A stretch of DNA of 64,000 nucleotides. It comes from Vicugna vicugna. Lineage: Eukaryota. Numbering within the stretch: position 1 is the stretch's first letter; the number at the start of each line of letters is the position of its first letter. Both the position numbers and the translations under genes were made by a program. A model generated the notes under the pieces. That model ran no database searches. It had not been told where the DNA came from and saw only the letters and a list, made by a program, of their open reading frames with translations. Shown piece after piece: positions 1-12,915 of the stretch. Location: the NCBI GenBank assembly GCA_013265495.1, contig MU058844.1, forward strand, positions 5,579,260 through 5,643,259, given 5' to 3'.

Positions 1-290
1 TTTTTTATTGCTAATTCGATTTCATTTCTAGTGATCAGTTTGTTCAAGTGGTCAGTTTCTTCTTGGTTCAGTCTTGGTGGACTGTATGTTTCCAGAAACT
101 TGTCCATCTCTTTTAGGTTATCCATTTTGTTTCCATATAGTTTTTCATAATATTCTCATATGATATTCTGTATTTCTATGTTATTTGTTATAATTTCTCC
201 ATTTTCCTTTCTTATTTTGCTTATTTGTGCTCTTTTTTCTTCTTTGTGAGTTTGTCCAGAGGTTTATTGATTTTATCTACTTTTTCTCAA
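1..290 (-). mobile_element. L1 ORF2 fragment, antisense, running off the window start
   Basis: Typical antisense L1 ORF2 text (tcttggttcagtcttggtggactgtatgtttccagaaacttgtccatctcttttaggttatcc; agaggtttattgattttatctac). Confidence 0.85.
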
Positions 291-689
291 ATTCTTGTTA
301 CTACCTTTTCACTGAGTGTTTTGGCCAAAACCTAGAAAAGTCATATCACCCTTCAAGGTTTCCTCTTCCTCAGCGGCACCTCCCGTATAAATTTCTGTTC
401 TGTCTGTGAAATGACTATAGTTGATCCACAATCCCTCTATGCTTATTCCAAGTACTTCTTTTTTTTTAAATACTCTAAATTATATCTGGGCTCTTAGAAT
501 GGATCCACAGCTCGTCTCTGCCTCTCTTCTAGATGTTTAATGCATCTCACACATCGTTATAAACAGTCATCTGTGTAAACAGAAATAGGAATAGGCACAT
601 ATCATGACTAAAATATTTTATACAAATGCATTTAAAAAATTCATTGCCAAACATAATATACCCTGAAGTAAAATAACTTACATTTAAGC

Positions 690-885
690 TTTAGGTCTGC
701 CATTCTGGGGTTTTGCTTTAAATTTTAAATGTTTGTGCCCCAGTTTTCTTGCCTATAAATTAGGAATAATCACAGTAACTTTTAAGGGGTTGTTTTATGA
801 TGAAATAATCCATTATATATAAAGATCGTAACTGCCCAGAACAGACCAAGATTCTGTAAATGCTAATTTGCATTATTATTATTAT
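690..885 (+). mobile_element. MIR SINE relic
   Basis: Core-like tgtgccccagttttcttgcctataaattaggaataat followed by a MIR 3' tail ending aaatgctaatttgcattattatt. Confidence 0.65.
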
Positions 886-2168
886 TCCTCTCTTGATTTT
901 AGATACTTTAGTTGCTTCTATCATGGCATATTATTGCTGCTGTTGTTACTTCTAGTATCTAGCACAATTACTAGAACATAGTGTTTCTTAGATAAATTTG
1001 TTTGACCCAATGAATAAACTTACAGTTATTCTTCATTAATATTTGTATTAACTGATTTCCAGAAATAAAGTGACTAAATGGAATGGAGTATTGTGGAATT
1101 TAGAGTTCGTTACAGAACAGTGGAATGAAGTAGATAGAACCTGTTGCTCTCACTTGCTTTCTTACATATTTAGTGTATCTGTTTATAAGCTTAGCCCAGC
1201 CTTCCCTACCACTCTTCTCCAGCCCAACCAGTGAACACACTGGTGGGTATCAGAGGAAAATATTTTAGAATGAAAATATCTGAAATCTCTTCCTGATCTT
1301 TGCAAAAAGTCATTGAAATGGCTGAACCTAGATAACCATAAACCATTTTGGAAGAAGTTTCTGAAACTTGGAAAAAAAATAGGTTGACACTGTTTAGAGG
1401 ACAGCAGAAATTATCAAAGGTCTAAGGTGAACATTTTATTCTGGGAATATGAGGACTACAGTTCTCTTTCCTTTTGAATAACAAACTAAATAGTGAGACC
1501 AACCCAGATGGTTCTTCAAAGAGAAAGAAAGAAAAAAATAGTTTAATAAGCTTGATTTGCTGACAGTCAAATATTACAGAATTTATTTTTTATATATCCC
1601 TGCCTACCAAAATTCATTAAAATTCTTCCTTCAGTGATAGACTATATATGTGAATTTCAGAAAGAAAATACAGCTATGATAGACCAATTAAGAAAGAAAA
1701 AAATATTTAAAATAAAATTATAAAAAAGTAAAAATCTCAGATATACAAGAAGACATGTGTATACTGTTTACTGTGTAATACTATTTTGTTTATTCCAGTT
1801 ATATAAATGATTAGGAAAAAAGTTACTTTATTTTGTTCTAGTTGATCTTTGTTTCACCACAATCTCCTCAGTGATATAAACCCCCTAGGAACATTCACTT
1901 CATTCCAGAAAATAAATATTTTCACTCCTTAAATATATTGTGAGTGAAAGTCTATGATAAGTCATATTTTTATTAAAGGTTCACACCATGAAGCATATAT
2001 TTTATAAAATAGAAATTCATTTTGATGTCATCCATGTGTACATTCAAATACATTTTATGGTCACACTATTTTATAAACACCAGAGCTTTGGTCATTCCTA
2101 CAAACGTGTGTGTATGTGTGTCTTTAAAGCATCAAATTATAGGAAGTAATTTTAATCTGCCCTGGGAA

Positions 2169-2181
2169 GTTGCCTGGCAAC
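2169..2181. promoter_or_regulatory. Palindromic RFX X-box-like motif GTTGCC-T-GGCAAC
   Basis: Perfect 6+1+6 palindrome matching RFX half-sites, in DNA with no recognisable repeat. Motif only; no functional evidence. Confidence 0.4.
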
Positions 2182-3404
2182 AACATTAGAGTCAATTGCA
2201 TTGCATGGTACAATATATGCCTAAGTTTAGATTGCTATTTATCTTCATTATAACTAAGTAATTTAAGTTGTCAAGTCTCTTGTGACTATTGGATATCTGT
2301 TAACTATACATTTAATGCTTGACTACACTGTGCTTCCAAAAAAGAAGAAAAAAAATCTGCTATAAATTGCTGTGTTGGGTTTAAACCTTATGGCAGACAA
2401 AAGGCTACAATGTCTTCATCTTCTTGGAAAAACATTGTCTTTTTACCAAGTGTGTACTACATGGACCTCACAAAGTAGTGAGGGATGTGATTTATTCACA
2501 AATTCATACAGGATAAACAGTTTTATGACACTGAATCCAATTGCACCTGAGGGGATTGTTAAACCAAACAGCAAACTGATTAAACTTAAAAAAAAAAAAA
2601 GGCAATATGAAATTCTAGTAACCTTCACTTTAAAATGACATTAATCCTACTGAACCACAATAGAGTATTCATTTTTAGGCAAATAAGAACTTGAATACTT
2701 CAACTTTCTTTTCTTCCTCATAAATACTGAACTCTGCATACTCAATATCCTCATAATTTTTTAGAATAAATAAGAGTAGTTAAACATGATGTAATTATTT
2801 CCTCTTTACATCACTTAGTTATATACTAACAACATGTATGATCTTAAATGGCATTTCCAATTATAATTTGGCATATAACGTCAAAAATTATAATACTGAG
2901 AAAAGATACTTTATTATATAACTTATAAAATATTTCAATAAAGATATCAAATTCGCCCACACATTTTAAAGCACAATGTTGAATAAATTAGAATTAAATT
3001 TGTTCATTAAAAGTAACATATTTTCCTACAGATAATATAATTGATAGAAAATACATGAATAAAATCATAAAAAAATGAAAATTCTGTTTCAAAATGCAAA
3101 CACATCATAAACAAGGACAATTTTTTACTAAATTAAAGCACTTTTTAAATTTTGTGTAATAATGAAAATGACTTTGGTTTTCACATCTAATAAAAATATA
3201 TACCATTTATTTGCAAATTTTAAGCACTATATATTTGGTCATCATTAAACTATGAAGTACTAAAAGTAAGTTATGGTAAATGACTTTGACAAAATAATGA
3301 TAATAGTTTAGAAACATTTAATTTGCTTTGAAATCAACCCATTAAATTTTACAAAAATATTTCAACCTATTTAATGGCATGTAAATTTTTCTAATTAAAG
3401 ATAT

Positions 3405-6126
3405 TATGCTATGAGACCAGCATCACTGTGACAGCAGAATCAGACAAATATATCACAGAAAAGAAAATTATAGGCCAATATCACTGATGAACATAGATGC
3501 AAAAATCCTCAACAAATACCAGCAAACAGAATCCAACAAAACATTAAAAGAATTATATACCACGGTCAAGTGGAATTTATTCCAGGGATGCAAGGCTTTT
3601 TCAGTATCCACAATTCAATCTGTGTGATACACCACATTAAGAAATTGAAAAATAAAAATTATATGACTATCTCAACAGATGCAGAAAAAGCTTTTAATAA
3701 AATTTGACATCTGTTTATGATAAAAACTGCAGAAAGTGGGCATAGAGAGAACATACCTCAACATAATAAAGGCCATATATGACTAGCTCACAGCTAACAT
3801 CATACTCCATGGTGAAAAGCTGAAAGCATTTCCTCTAAGATCAGGATACCCACTCTCATCACTTTTATTCAACGAAGTTTTGGAAGTCCTAGTCATAGCA
3901 GTCACAAAGTAAATAAATAAACAAAAAGAATCCAAATTGGAAAGGAAGAATTAAAACTGTCACTGTTTGCAGATGACATGATACTATACCTGGTAAATCC
4001 TAAAGGAGCGACCAGAAAACTACTAGAGTTCATCAATAAATTTGGTAAAAGTTGCAGGATACAAAGTTAATAATCAGAAATCAGTATTTCTACATATTAA
4101 CAACAAACTGTCAGAAAAAGAAATTAAGGAAACAATCCCATTTTCCATTGCATCAAAGAGAATAAAATACCTAAGAATAAACCTTCCTAAAGAAGTGAAA
4201 GACTTGTACTCAGAAAACATGACGCTGATGAAAGAAATTGAAGATGACACAAAAGGAAAGATACACTGTGTTCTTGCATTGGAAGACTCAATATCGTTAA
4301 AATGACCATATTACCTAAGACAATCTACAGATTCAATGCAATCATTATCAAAATACCAATGACACTTTTCACGAAACTAGAATAAATAATTTTAAAGTTC
4401 GTATGGAAACACAAAAGAACTCAAATAGCCAAAACAATCTTGAGAAAGAATTATACACCATGGTCAAGCAGGATTTATTCCATGGATGAATCACATGGAA
4501 TATTTATTTCACGGATGAATCAGAGCTGGAGAAATCACATTCCCTGACTTCAGGCTATACTACAAAGCTACAGAAATCAAAACAGTGTGGTACTGGCCCA
4601 AAACAGACACATAGATCAATGGAACAAAGTAGGAATCCCACATATTAATGGTCAATTAATATATAACAAAGGAGGCAAGAATATACCATGGGGAAAAGAC
4701 AATCTCTGCAATAAGTGGTGCTGGGAAAACTGGACAGCTACATGTAAAGGAATAAAATTAGAACATTCTGTAACACCATATATAAAAATAAACTCAAAAT
4801 GAACTAATGACCTAAATGTACGACTGGGTCTTATAAAACTCCTAGATAAAACATAGAACACTCTTTGACATAAACCACAACAATATTTTTTGTATCTATC
4901 TGCTAAATCAAAGAAATTAAAAGCAAAAATAAACAAATGGGAACTAATCAAACTTTAAAGTTTTTGCACAGCAAAGGAAACCGTACACAAAATGAAAATA
5001 CAACCTACTAAATGGGAGAAATATTTGCAAATGATCTGACCTATAAAAGATTAATATCCAACATATATAAACAATTCACACAACTTAACATCAAAAAAAA
5101 CCCAATTTAAAAAATGGGCAGAAGACCTAAATAGACATTTTTCCACAGAAGAGATGCAAATGGCCAATAGGTGGATGAAAAGATGCTCAACATCGCTAAT
5201 CATAAGGAAGACGCAAATCAAGACCACAATCAGATATCACTTCACATCTGTCAGAATGGCTATCATCAAAAAGAACACAAACACAAATGGTGAGAATGTG
5301 GAAAAAAGAGAACCCTTGTACACTGTTGGTGGAAATGTAAATTGGTGCAGCCACTGTCTAAAGCAGTATGGAAGTTTCTCAAAAAACCAAAAAATAGGAC
5401 TATCACATGACCCAGCAAGTTCACTCCTGGGTATACACCTGAAAAAAAAAAAAAAAACAGAAACACTGATTCGAAAAGATATATGTACCCGAGTGTTTAT
5501 AGCAGCATTATTTACAATTGATAATATATGGAAGTAACTGAAGTGTCCTTCAACAGATGAACAGATAAAGAAGGTGCAGTACATATGTATATATATATTG
5601 TGTACATATATGTAATGTATATATGTGTGTGTGTATATATATATGTACATGTATGTGTGTGTATATATATACACACATGTATATATACACACACAATGGA
5701 ATACTACTCAGCCATAGAAAAAAATTAAATTTTGCCATTTGCAGCAACATGGATGAATTTGGAGGGCATTATGCTAAGTTAAGTCAGACAGAGACAAAAA
5801 TGGTGTTATGTCACTTATATGTGAAATCTGAAAAATACAACAAACTAGTGAATATAACAAAAAAGAAGCAGACTCACAGATACAGAAAACAAACTAGTGG
5901 TTACCAATGAGTCAAGGGAAGAGGGGAGAAGTAACTCAGGGACAGGGGCTGAAGAGTTTCAACTATCAGGTTTAAAATAAGCTACAAGAATATATTTACA
6001 GCACAGAGAAAGTAGTCAATATTTTATAACTATAAATGGAGTATAACCTTTAAAAATCGTGAGTCAGTATAGTATACACCTGTAATTTATATTGTAGAGC
6101 AACTATATTTCAATAAAAGAAAAAAA
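3405..6126 (+). mobile_element. 5'-truncated L1 (ORF2 RT and C-terminal region, 3' UTR, A tail), decayed
   Basis: Encodes [16 protein letters not shown] (~3468-3515) and [12 protein letters not shown] (~3957-3992). ORF-track pieces [19 protein letters not shown] and RCSTSLIIR are L1 ORF2. Ends caataaaagaaaaaaa. Many stops and frameshifts. Confidence 0.97.
5580..5695. repeat. (TA)/(TG)/(CA) mixed microsatellite inside the L1 3' region
   Basis: Directly visible dinucleotide tract; explains the YIYTHT-type ORFs. Confidence 0.95.
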
Positions 6127-7144
6127 TATTTATCTATAAAGTAAATTGTCTTTGTGTCTGAATCTTTAATTAAGAAGAACAAATAATAGCATAATAAAGC
6201 TGACATATACTTACATATACTTATATACTTGTCTTGCCTCTTCTCCGATAATAATATTGGTAAGATGTTTAAGTTTTACTGTCCATTAAAGATCATTTTA
6301 CTTTTTTTCATAATGATCATGTTTTGTTATATAATACAATATATTTTAGAAAAAAAACTGAAACCTTTTAAAGTTTTATTTTTCTAATTAAACATGTAGC
6401 TTAAAATTAAGCATTTATTTGCATAAAACATTTTCTTTGTATTAAAATTAATAAATTTTGTATGAAAATTAGGTAACTTGTGAAGCCTAGGAGCCTTCAG
6501 ATTTCATTCACTTGAATTGAAAGTTACAAATTTCTGAAATATGAAAGCAGATAGAGTATTGTGCTAGTAGTTTAATTGAAATAATCCTTAATTTTACTTT
6601 ACCTAAACTATAACCACAGAAATGTTTAATTATTTTGGTTTATTTTCTGACATTCTTGATATCTTGATCTATCTTGGAGTTCAGCAAAGTGGCAATGGTT
6701 GAGAATTTATGTTTACTAAATGACTATCATGAATCTGATGTCATATTAAATACCTGGTATGTATCAAAACATTTAACATTTTGCTGATCTTGAGAAACTT
6801 AACTTTATCTCATAGAGATGAAGGAAAGGTCTTTGATTAGTAACTTACAGAGACATGACTTAAACAGAACAGTCTTTTTTTTCCCCAAAACTAGTGCTGA
6901 AAACTCACTTATTTTATTTTTCACTTTCTACTCCTTTGGATAGAATTTCAGTTGCCTTTTTTTTTTTAAGTTCCTTCGTATTAAAAAATTCTGACCGGTC
7001 TTGGCTGAAAGGATTGTCAAAGTCTGAGTGCAACTGGGGTCCCTTCACCTGTTTTAGCCTACACTTTTTTATAGAGGGCTATCTTCTTGAAGACTCTAAG
7101 TCCTTTTTTGTTTCAGTACCTAACCTCCAATGCACTTTTTTTAC

Positions 7145-9140
7145 TTAAAAATTTATTTTGAGGAAATTTTACATTCAAACGGAGTTACACACTAATATAG
7201 AGATCCCATGTACTGTTTACCCAATGGTAACATCTTGCAAAACTATAGCACAGGATCACAACCAGTATATTAATATTGATATGGTCAAAATATTGAACAT
7301 TTTCATCACTTCAGGGATCCCTCATGTTGCCCTTTATAGCCAAATCCACTTCCTTCCTGTTCCCACTCTGGCTCTAACCTCTGACAATCACTGATCAGTT
7401 CTCATTTCTATAATTTTGTAAACTGAATAATATAGTTATGTAAACTGAATAATAATGTGTGTTTCCTTTTGGACTTGGCTTTTTTCATTTAGCATTTTAG
7501 CTCCCTGGAGATTCAGCAAAGTTGTTTCATGTATCAATAGTTTATCCCTTTTTATTGCTTAGTATCCACATTATAGAGGTACCATAGTTTGCTTGCTCAT
7601 TTATGAACATTGGATTAAATTATTATAAATAAAGCTGATTTAACATTTATGTAGACTTTGTTTTTATAAATTTATATTTCATTTCTCTGAGTAACTGTCT
7701 AAGATTCACTTGCTTGGTTTTATGGTAGTTGCATGCCTAGTTTTTAAAGAAACTGCCGAACTGGTTTCTCGACAGGCTATACTGTTTAACGTTCCCACCA
7801 ACAGCGTATGAATGCCCGGTTTGCTGTATTCTCACCAGCATTTGGTTCTGTCGCTATTTTTCATTTTAGCCATTCTGATAGAAGTGTAGTTGTTTAATTT
7901 GCATTTCCCTAACTGCTAATGGTGGTGAACATCTTTCCGTGTGCTCCCTTGTGGGTTGTGTATAACCTTCAGTGAAATGTCTCCTCATGTCTTTGGCTCC
8001 TGTTCTAATTGAATTGTCTGCTTTTTCACTGCTAAGTTTTGAGAGTTCTTTCTATATTTTAGATACTCCTCCTTTGTCAGATATGTGGTTTTCAAGTATT
8101 TTCTTTCACTTTCAAACTTACCTTTTTCTTCCTCTAAATAGGTAATTTCACAGAGCAAAAGGTTTTATTTTGGGTGAAGTCCAATTTATCAATATTTCAT
8201 TTTATGAATCATCTTTTTAGGGTGAAATGTAAGAATTTTTGACTAGTCTCAGATTCCAAATATTTTCACTTGTATTGTACTTTTTCTAAAAGTTTTATGG
8301 TTTCATATTTTACAGTTAAGTCTATGATCTGCTTAGAGTTAATTTTTGTTTAAGAAGACTTCAGTCAGAGTTAATTTTCTTTTTTTCTGTCTGTCTAATT
8401 GTTCCAGCACCATTTATAGAAAAGCAGTCTTTCCTCCATTTAATTGTTTTTGCAACTTTGTAAAAAAAATAAGTCAGCTACATCTCTGTGGGTTACTGCT
8501 GAGCTGTCTGTTCTTTTTCATCAATCTGTGTGTCTGTCCTTCTGCTAGTACCACAGTTTTGATTGGTGTACCTATATATTAAATCTTGAGATCAGTGGAC
8601 TGATTTTCCCACTTAATTGTTCTTTTTCAAATTTGTTTTATGTTTTCTAGCTCTTTCGCCTTTCCTTATCAATTTTAGAATGATACATTACAGTAGCTCT
8701 CTACCCTTTTTAAGAGCTTGTTAATATATTTTAATAGTCTTCTATAATTTTTATTGTATAAGTTCTGTGCACATCTTATTGTACATACACCTAAATAGTT
8801 TTAAGCAATTATAAGTGCTATTTTTTGTAGTTAAGATTTTATTTTTTAGAGAAATTTAAGGTTCTCAACAAAATTGAGTGGAAGGTACCTAGATTTCCCA
8901 TATATCTGTTGCTTCCACACATGCATAACGTCTCCTATTATTAATGGTATTGTATTTTTAATTTTAGTGTCCGCATGTTCATTGCTAGTATTTGGAAATA
9001 TAATTTATTTCTTTATGTTTTTCTCACATCATCTGAACTCATTTTTTAGTTCTAGGAGTGTTTTGTAGATTTCTTGTTATTTTCTATATAAATGATCATA
9101 CTTCCTACAAATAGAGACAGATTTATTTCATCCTTTATCT
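7145..9140 (-). mobile_element. Old L1 (L1MC-like) 3' UTR plus ORF2 3' part
   Basis: Antisense L1MC-type tail (gagatcccatgtactgtttacccaatggtaacatcttgcaaaactatag) continuing into antisense ORF2 (ttagccattctgatag, ttccagcaccattt). Confidence 0.85.
8823..8936 (-). mobile_element. Short L1 3'-end fragment nested in the older L1
   Basis: tttttagagaaatttaaggttctcaacaaaattgagtggaaggtacc matches the reverse complement of the L1 tail at ~27000-27100. Flanked by degenerate direct repeats attataagtgctatt (8808-8822) and attattaatggtatt (8937-8951). Confidence 0.7.
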
Positions 9141-9649
9141 GTTTGCTAATAGATGTAAAGTTGACACCAGGTATAGGGGTTAGTTTCACTTGGTCCATGG
9201 GCACTTTATGAGCTTTGAATCAGTGACTCATTATCCAGGGGAACATCCTAAGAGAAAGGTGGATATGAAGCAAAAGCATATAAACTGGGGAAAACCATGA
9301 ATATAAAGATGGTTTAAAGCAGAATTTTGGAGGCAAACATACTAAGTTATCTTTTGCATTTACATGAGCATGAAGATGAGTGTTTTATTGGTATATCCTT
9401 TATTCTATATATGCACATTTATAGGTACAATGTTCTAAGCACCATGCTAGTTGCTGGGGACGTAGAGGAAGGAACCCATTTCCTGCTCCCCATGAAATTC
9501 CTCTGTATTTTGAAAAATTTCAATAGAAATAGAAAGTGCTGAATGAATAAAGCAGAAGTGATAGTAAGCGATTTGATGTTTCTAAGGCAAATAGTGTTTT
9601 AAAAGATTAACAAGTATAATAATATAATATTAATAATAATTTTTAAGCA

Positions 9650-9799
9650 GCCATCATTCCTTGAAAATTTTTATTCATTCATGTCTGAATGAAGCTTTGA
9701 AATATATAGATTTTGGTAGTTTTAGTACAAGTGGTCTTCAGATTGCATTTTGAAAAATTCTTCTGTAAAGCAGGTTGATGAGTACATGCCACGGAACAT
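9650..9799 (-). ncRNA. Candidate terminal exon of a minus-strand spliced transcript
   Basis: Minus strand has a long pyrimidine tract (ttcctctctcgctctctttttg, a T run, then aaacacAG; AG at 9801-9800), then AATAAA at 9675-9670. No recognisable repeat. The end coordinate is an estimated cleavage site. Confidence 0.35.
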
Positions 9800-10420
9800 C
9801 TGTGTTTAAAAAAAAACAAAAAGAGAGCGAGAGAGGAAAACCTAGCTAGAAGTGACACAAAATAAATAGGCAAAGATATTACCAGAAAACCACAGACTAC
9901 GATGTCCTCAAGCTATTTTATTATGATAGTTAAGGCTGGTATAAATCGCTACAGATATACTTCTACCTTCCATGAACTGAGCCAGTTAATTCTAGTTTCA
10001 TTTACTCTAAAGGGACAATTCAATATATAGAAGCAAAAACGTAGCATGATCTGGTAGCTTTGTCTCCCTCTGCCCCGCCTGCCACCTCTTCCTTTCCTGA
10101 ATGCTACCTGTTCCTCCAATGAAACAAACAGCTTTTTTTTTTTTTTGAGGAAAAGATTCTTGAAGTATGGATAGTATTCCTCCAGTAGAAATGTGAGTGT
10201 GAGCTAAATAATGGGTGGACATCTAGATAATTGCCAAAAGAATTAATTTCCTGCTTGTGGTCAAATGCAGCAGTGTCCTTTAACCAAAATATGCAATGGG
10301 AAAGCAGTCTTTCAAGATGAATGACATTTGATAATCTTCAAGTTTTTTTAAGCTATAAAATTATTTGGTTCTAAACATTTATTTATATAAATGAGTGATT
10401 ATAAATGAATAGGTTTTTGG

Positions 10421-10598
10421 TCAAAGGTTCTCAAGTCTGCAGTACGTAAGAATCACCTGGAATGTTTTTAGAAATTAATGACAGACATGTTTCACTCCAG
10501 AACAGGAATTTAAAATTTTTGGAATGGAACCTAGGCAACAGTATTTAAGAGTATGTCCCAAATGAATATGGAATATATCCATTTTTCAGATCCATCAG
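10421..10598. mobile_element. MER5-type hAT-Charlie MITE
   Basis: ggttctcaagtctgcagtacgtaagaatcacctggaatgttttta ... ggaatggaacctaggc pattern of MER5. Confidence 0.65.
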
Positions 10599-11994
10599 TT
10601 GAAATAAAGATTTATATTTTACTCTTTTATTCTTTTACTCATTTTACATTTCACTCTTTGTTTTACTATAAGTCTTCACAGAATCAAAAACTGTTGTTTA
10701 ATACTAAAATAATACAGTTATTATCTGGAGAAATTATTCTACAGAAAAAAATTCGGATGCAAAACAAATAATCAACCCAATAATATTTACTTTAAATGTG
10801 GACTAAGAAAATTAGTAGACAGGAAATTACACTAACTAAATAAAAGTGTCCAGCTTAGAATATGTAAAGTTATAATTAGATTGTATTTCTACATAATAGT
10901 TTTCTTTAGCATTTTGGTTAAATATCTACTCCTGATACCAATTTAATTACTTTTGTAAAACTTTGAGACGTATTGTTAGCATATCCCACAAGCATGTATC
11001 ACTACCAAAAAGCACACAGAGAAAAATAGATGGGTCTGTGTTGTAAAGGCAGTCACTTTGAAACTATGTTGTACATTTCAAGGGAAAGAAAATAAAGGAC
11101 TTATAGTATTATAGTTACTGTGCACTGAATTGTAAATCCAAAAAGGCCACTACGCTCTAAAATACAAGAGCTTAGTGCTACTTTGGTTGACTATGCATAA
11201 AAGAGCACAACTTTTACTGAAGGAATTTTCTTTGAATGTAGTTTTGGAGTGTGTAACCTAAGCTTAATAATTCAGCTCAATGCTCTCTTACTTTTTGGGC
11301 AATAAACAGTTCTCAGGTACGTACAGTAGTTTCCATTTCTCTGTGCTTATTTAAAAGCATGATTTTAAAATGTGCTGGATGTGCATTGGTTTAGCTATTA
11401 AAACATTTTTTCCCTTATGAATGCTTCAATTGATTGGAAAGATAAGGAAACCATGAACAGTGTGATGGTAGTAAAAACTGTTAAAAATAAGCCAAAACAT
11501 CTGTATGATACAAAGAATGATTTCTTGTTTTCAGCTCTACAATTTATTTATTGAGATTTTCCAATATATGGGAAAGAAACTGGTTAAAACTCAAATTACA
11601 AATCTTTATTGTCTAAATTGGTTGGATTGTCTGTTTTCTGGAAGCCATTTATTATGTTCTAGTTTTTTCTAATCTTCCATCACTTTGCTAAATTATTTAA
11701 TGTCCTTATTTATCATTCAAAGATTATATTTTTTCTTTTTTTTAAGCTCTTAGACTTACTGTCTCTTGGCAAGAGAACATTGATAAAAGTGAGAAGGAGG
11801 GGACTCATGAATGTACTCCCACAATATCCTTTAAATAGTGATATATTTTCTCTCTTCACTTACAGTATTCCTCAAAAAATAAAATTACACAACCAGATAT
11901 CTAATAATGTTTAAGAGCCATGAAAATATCCAGTGGCCTGATATCAATAAAGCATACAGCTTCTTTAAAACAAGCATTAACATTGAAATGGCTT

Positions 11995-12116
11995 GAGGGA
12001 GGGTATAGCTCAGTGGGAGAGCACATGTTTAACATGCGTAAGGTCCTGGGTTCAATCCCCAGTACCTCCATTAAAAATAAGTAAATAAATAAACCTAATT
12101 ACCACCTCCCAAAAGG
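11995..12116 (+). mobile_element. Camelid vic-1-type tRNA-derived SINE
   Basis: A box (tagctcagtggg), B box (gggttcaatccc), tail aaataaataaacctaattaccacctcccaaaa. TSD cattgaaatggctt (11981-11994) / cattagaatggctt (12117-12130). Confidence 0.9.
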
Positions 12117-12195
12117 CATTAGAATGGCTTAATAATAGCTAAATTATATTTATATATTTTATTTCCAACCATCAAATTTACCCAAGATATCTATT

Positions 12196-12915
12196 GTATC
12201 AGCATGCCTTGAAGAGCAAATGACAGACACTGTGACCAACAGTATATAACCAAATGGCTATGTGATGGTTGTTAACTGAGAAGTATGGAGGGAATGCATT
12301 CCCTGAGTTGATTCAGTGACTTTTCCATCCTTTTCCGCCATCCTGCTACTGTTGTTTTTTTTTTATCAAGTTAGTGATTTCATCTTCACATGGTAGCTGC
12401 TCAGCTCTGACTACCATATCCTGTGAGGGGAGTGCACACAGCAATGAGGAAGAATCCAGATGAGCTCTCTTCACAGTATATCTGTCTTTATTCCAGGGAG
12501 AAAAATCACTCACATCTACAACAGACTTCATTTTATGTTTCATTTATCCTGAACTGGGTAACATGCCCATGCCTATATACTCATTCCTGGCACAGTGGGA
12601 CAAGATCACCATGATTAGTTTAGACATTGTTTCCAGTTGGCAACATCGGCATTTTGGATGAGGCATTTCTTTATAGTGTAGAACTGTCCCATGATCCCTA
12701 AGCAGTAAATGCCTGTAGCTAATGATCGTGACAGCCAGCATCATTCTTCTTACTTCCTGGAGGGTCAGTACTCCCATCTGTTGAGAACCAGTAAGTAGAA
12801 CATCCTCAGTTCATCTTCCCCGGGTAGGTGTGTTGCCAAGAGAATAAATTAATTTATTGTTTAGCATGGGAAAGGGGAGATCGGTCTTTGGTAGGTGGCC
12901 AACAGTATCTGTGAC
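12196..12915 (-). mobile_element. MaLR solo LTR (MLT1J/K-like), interrupted by a MITE
   Basis: Right end ggtaggtggccaacagtatctgtgaca is the reverse complement of the MLT1J/K-like start. Internal gaactgggtaacatgcccatgcc is typical of MLT1. Confidence 0.7.
12625..12793. mobile_element. MER20-like hAT MITE nested in the MLT1 LTR
   Basis: ggcattttggatgaggcatttcttt ... actgtccc ... gtgacagcca ... ttgagaaccagt resembles MER20; LTR sequence resumes after it. Confidence 0.55.

Noticed and set aside
4042..5537. Intact or domesticated L1 ORF2
   Set aside because: Broken into short frames by stops, frameshifts and an insertion; 5'-truncated.
5237..5910. Several 60-151 aa ORFs
   Set aside because: They arise from the TA/TG microsatellite and L1 sequence and are low-complexity.
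11995..12070. Functional tRNA gene
   Set aside because: Followed by a SINE-specific tail and flanked by TSDs, with no adjacent T-run terminator. It is a SINE.
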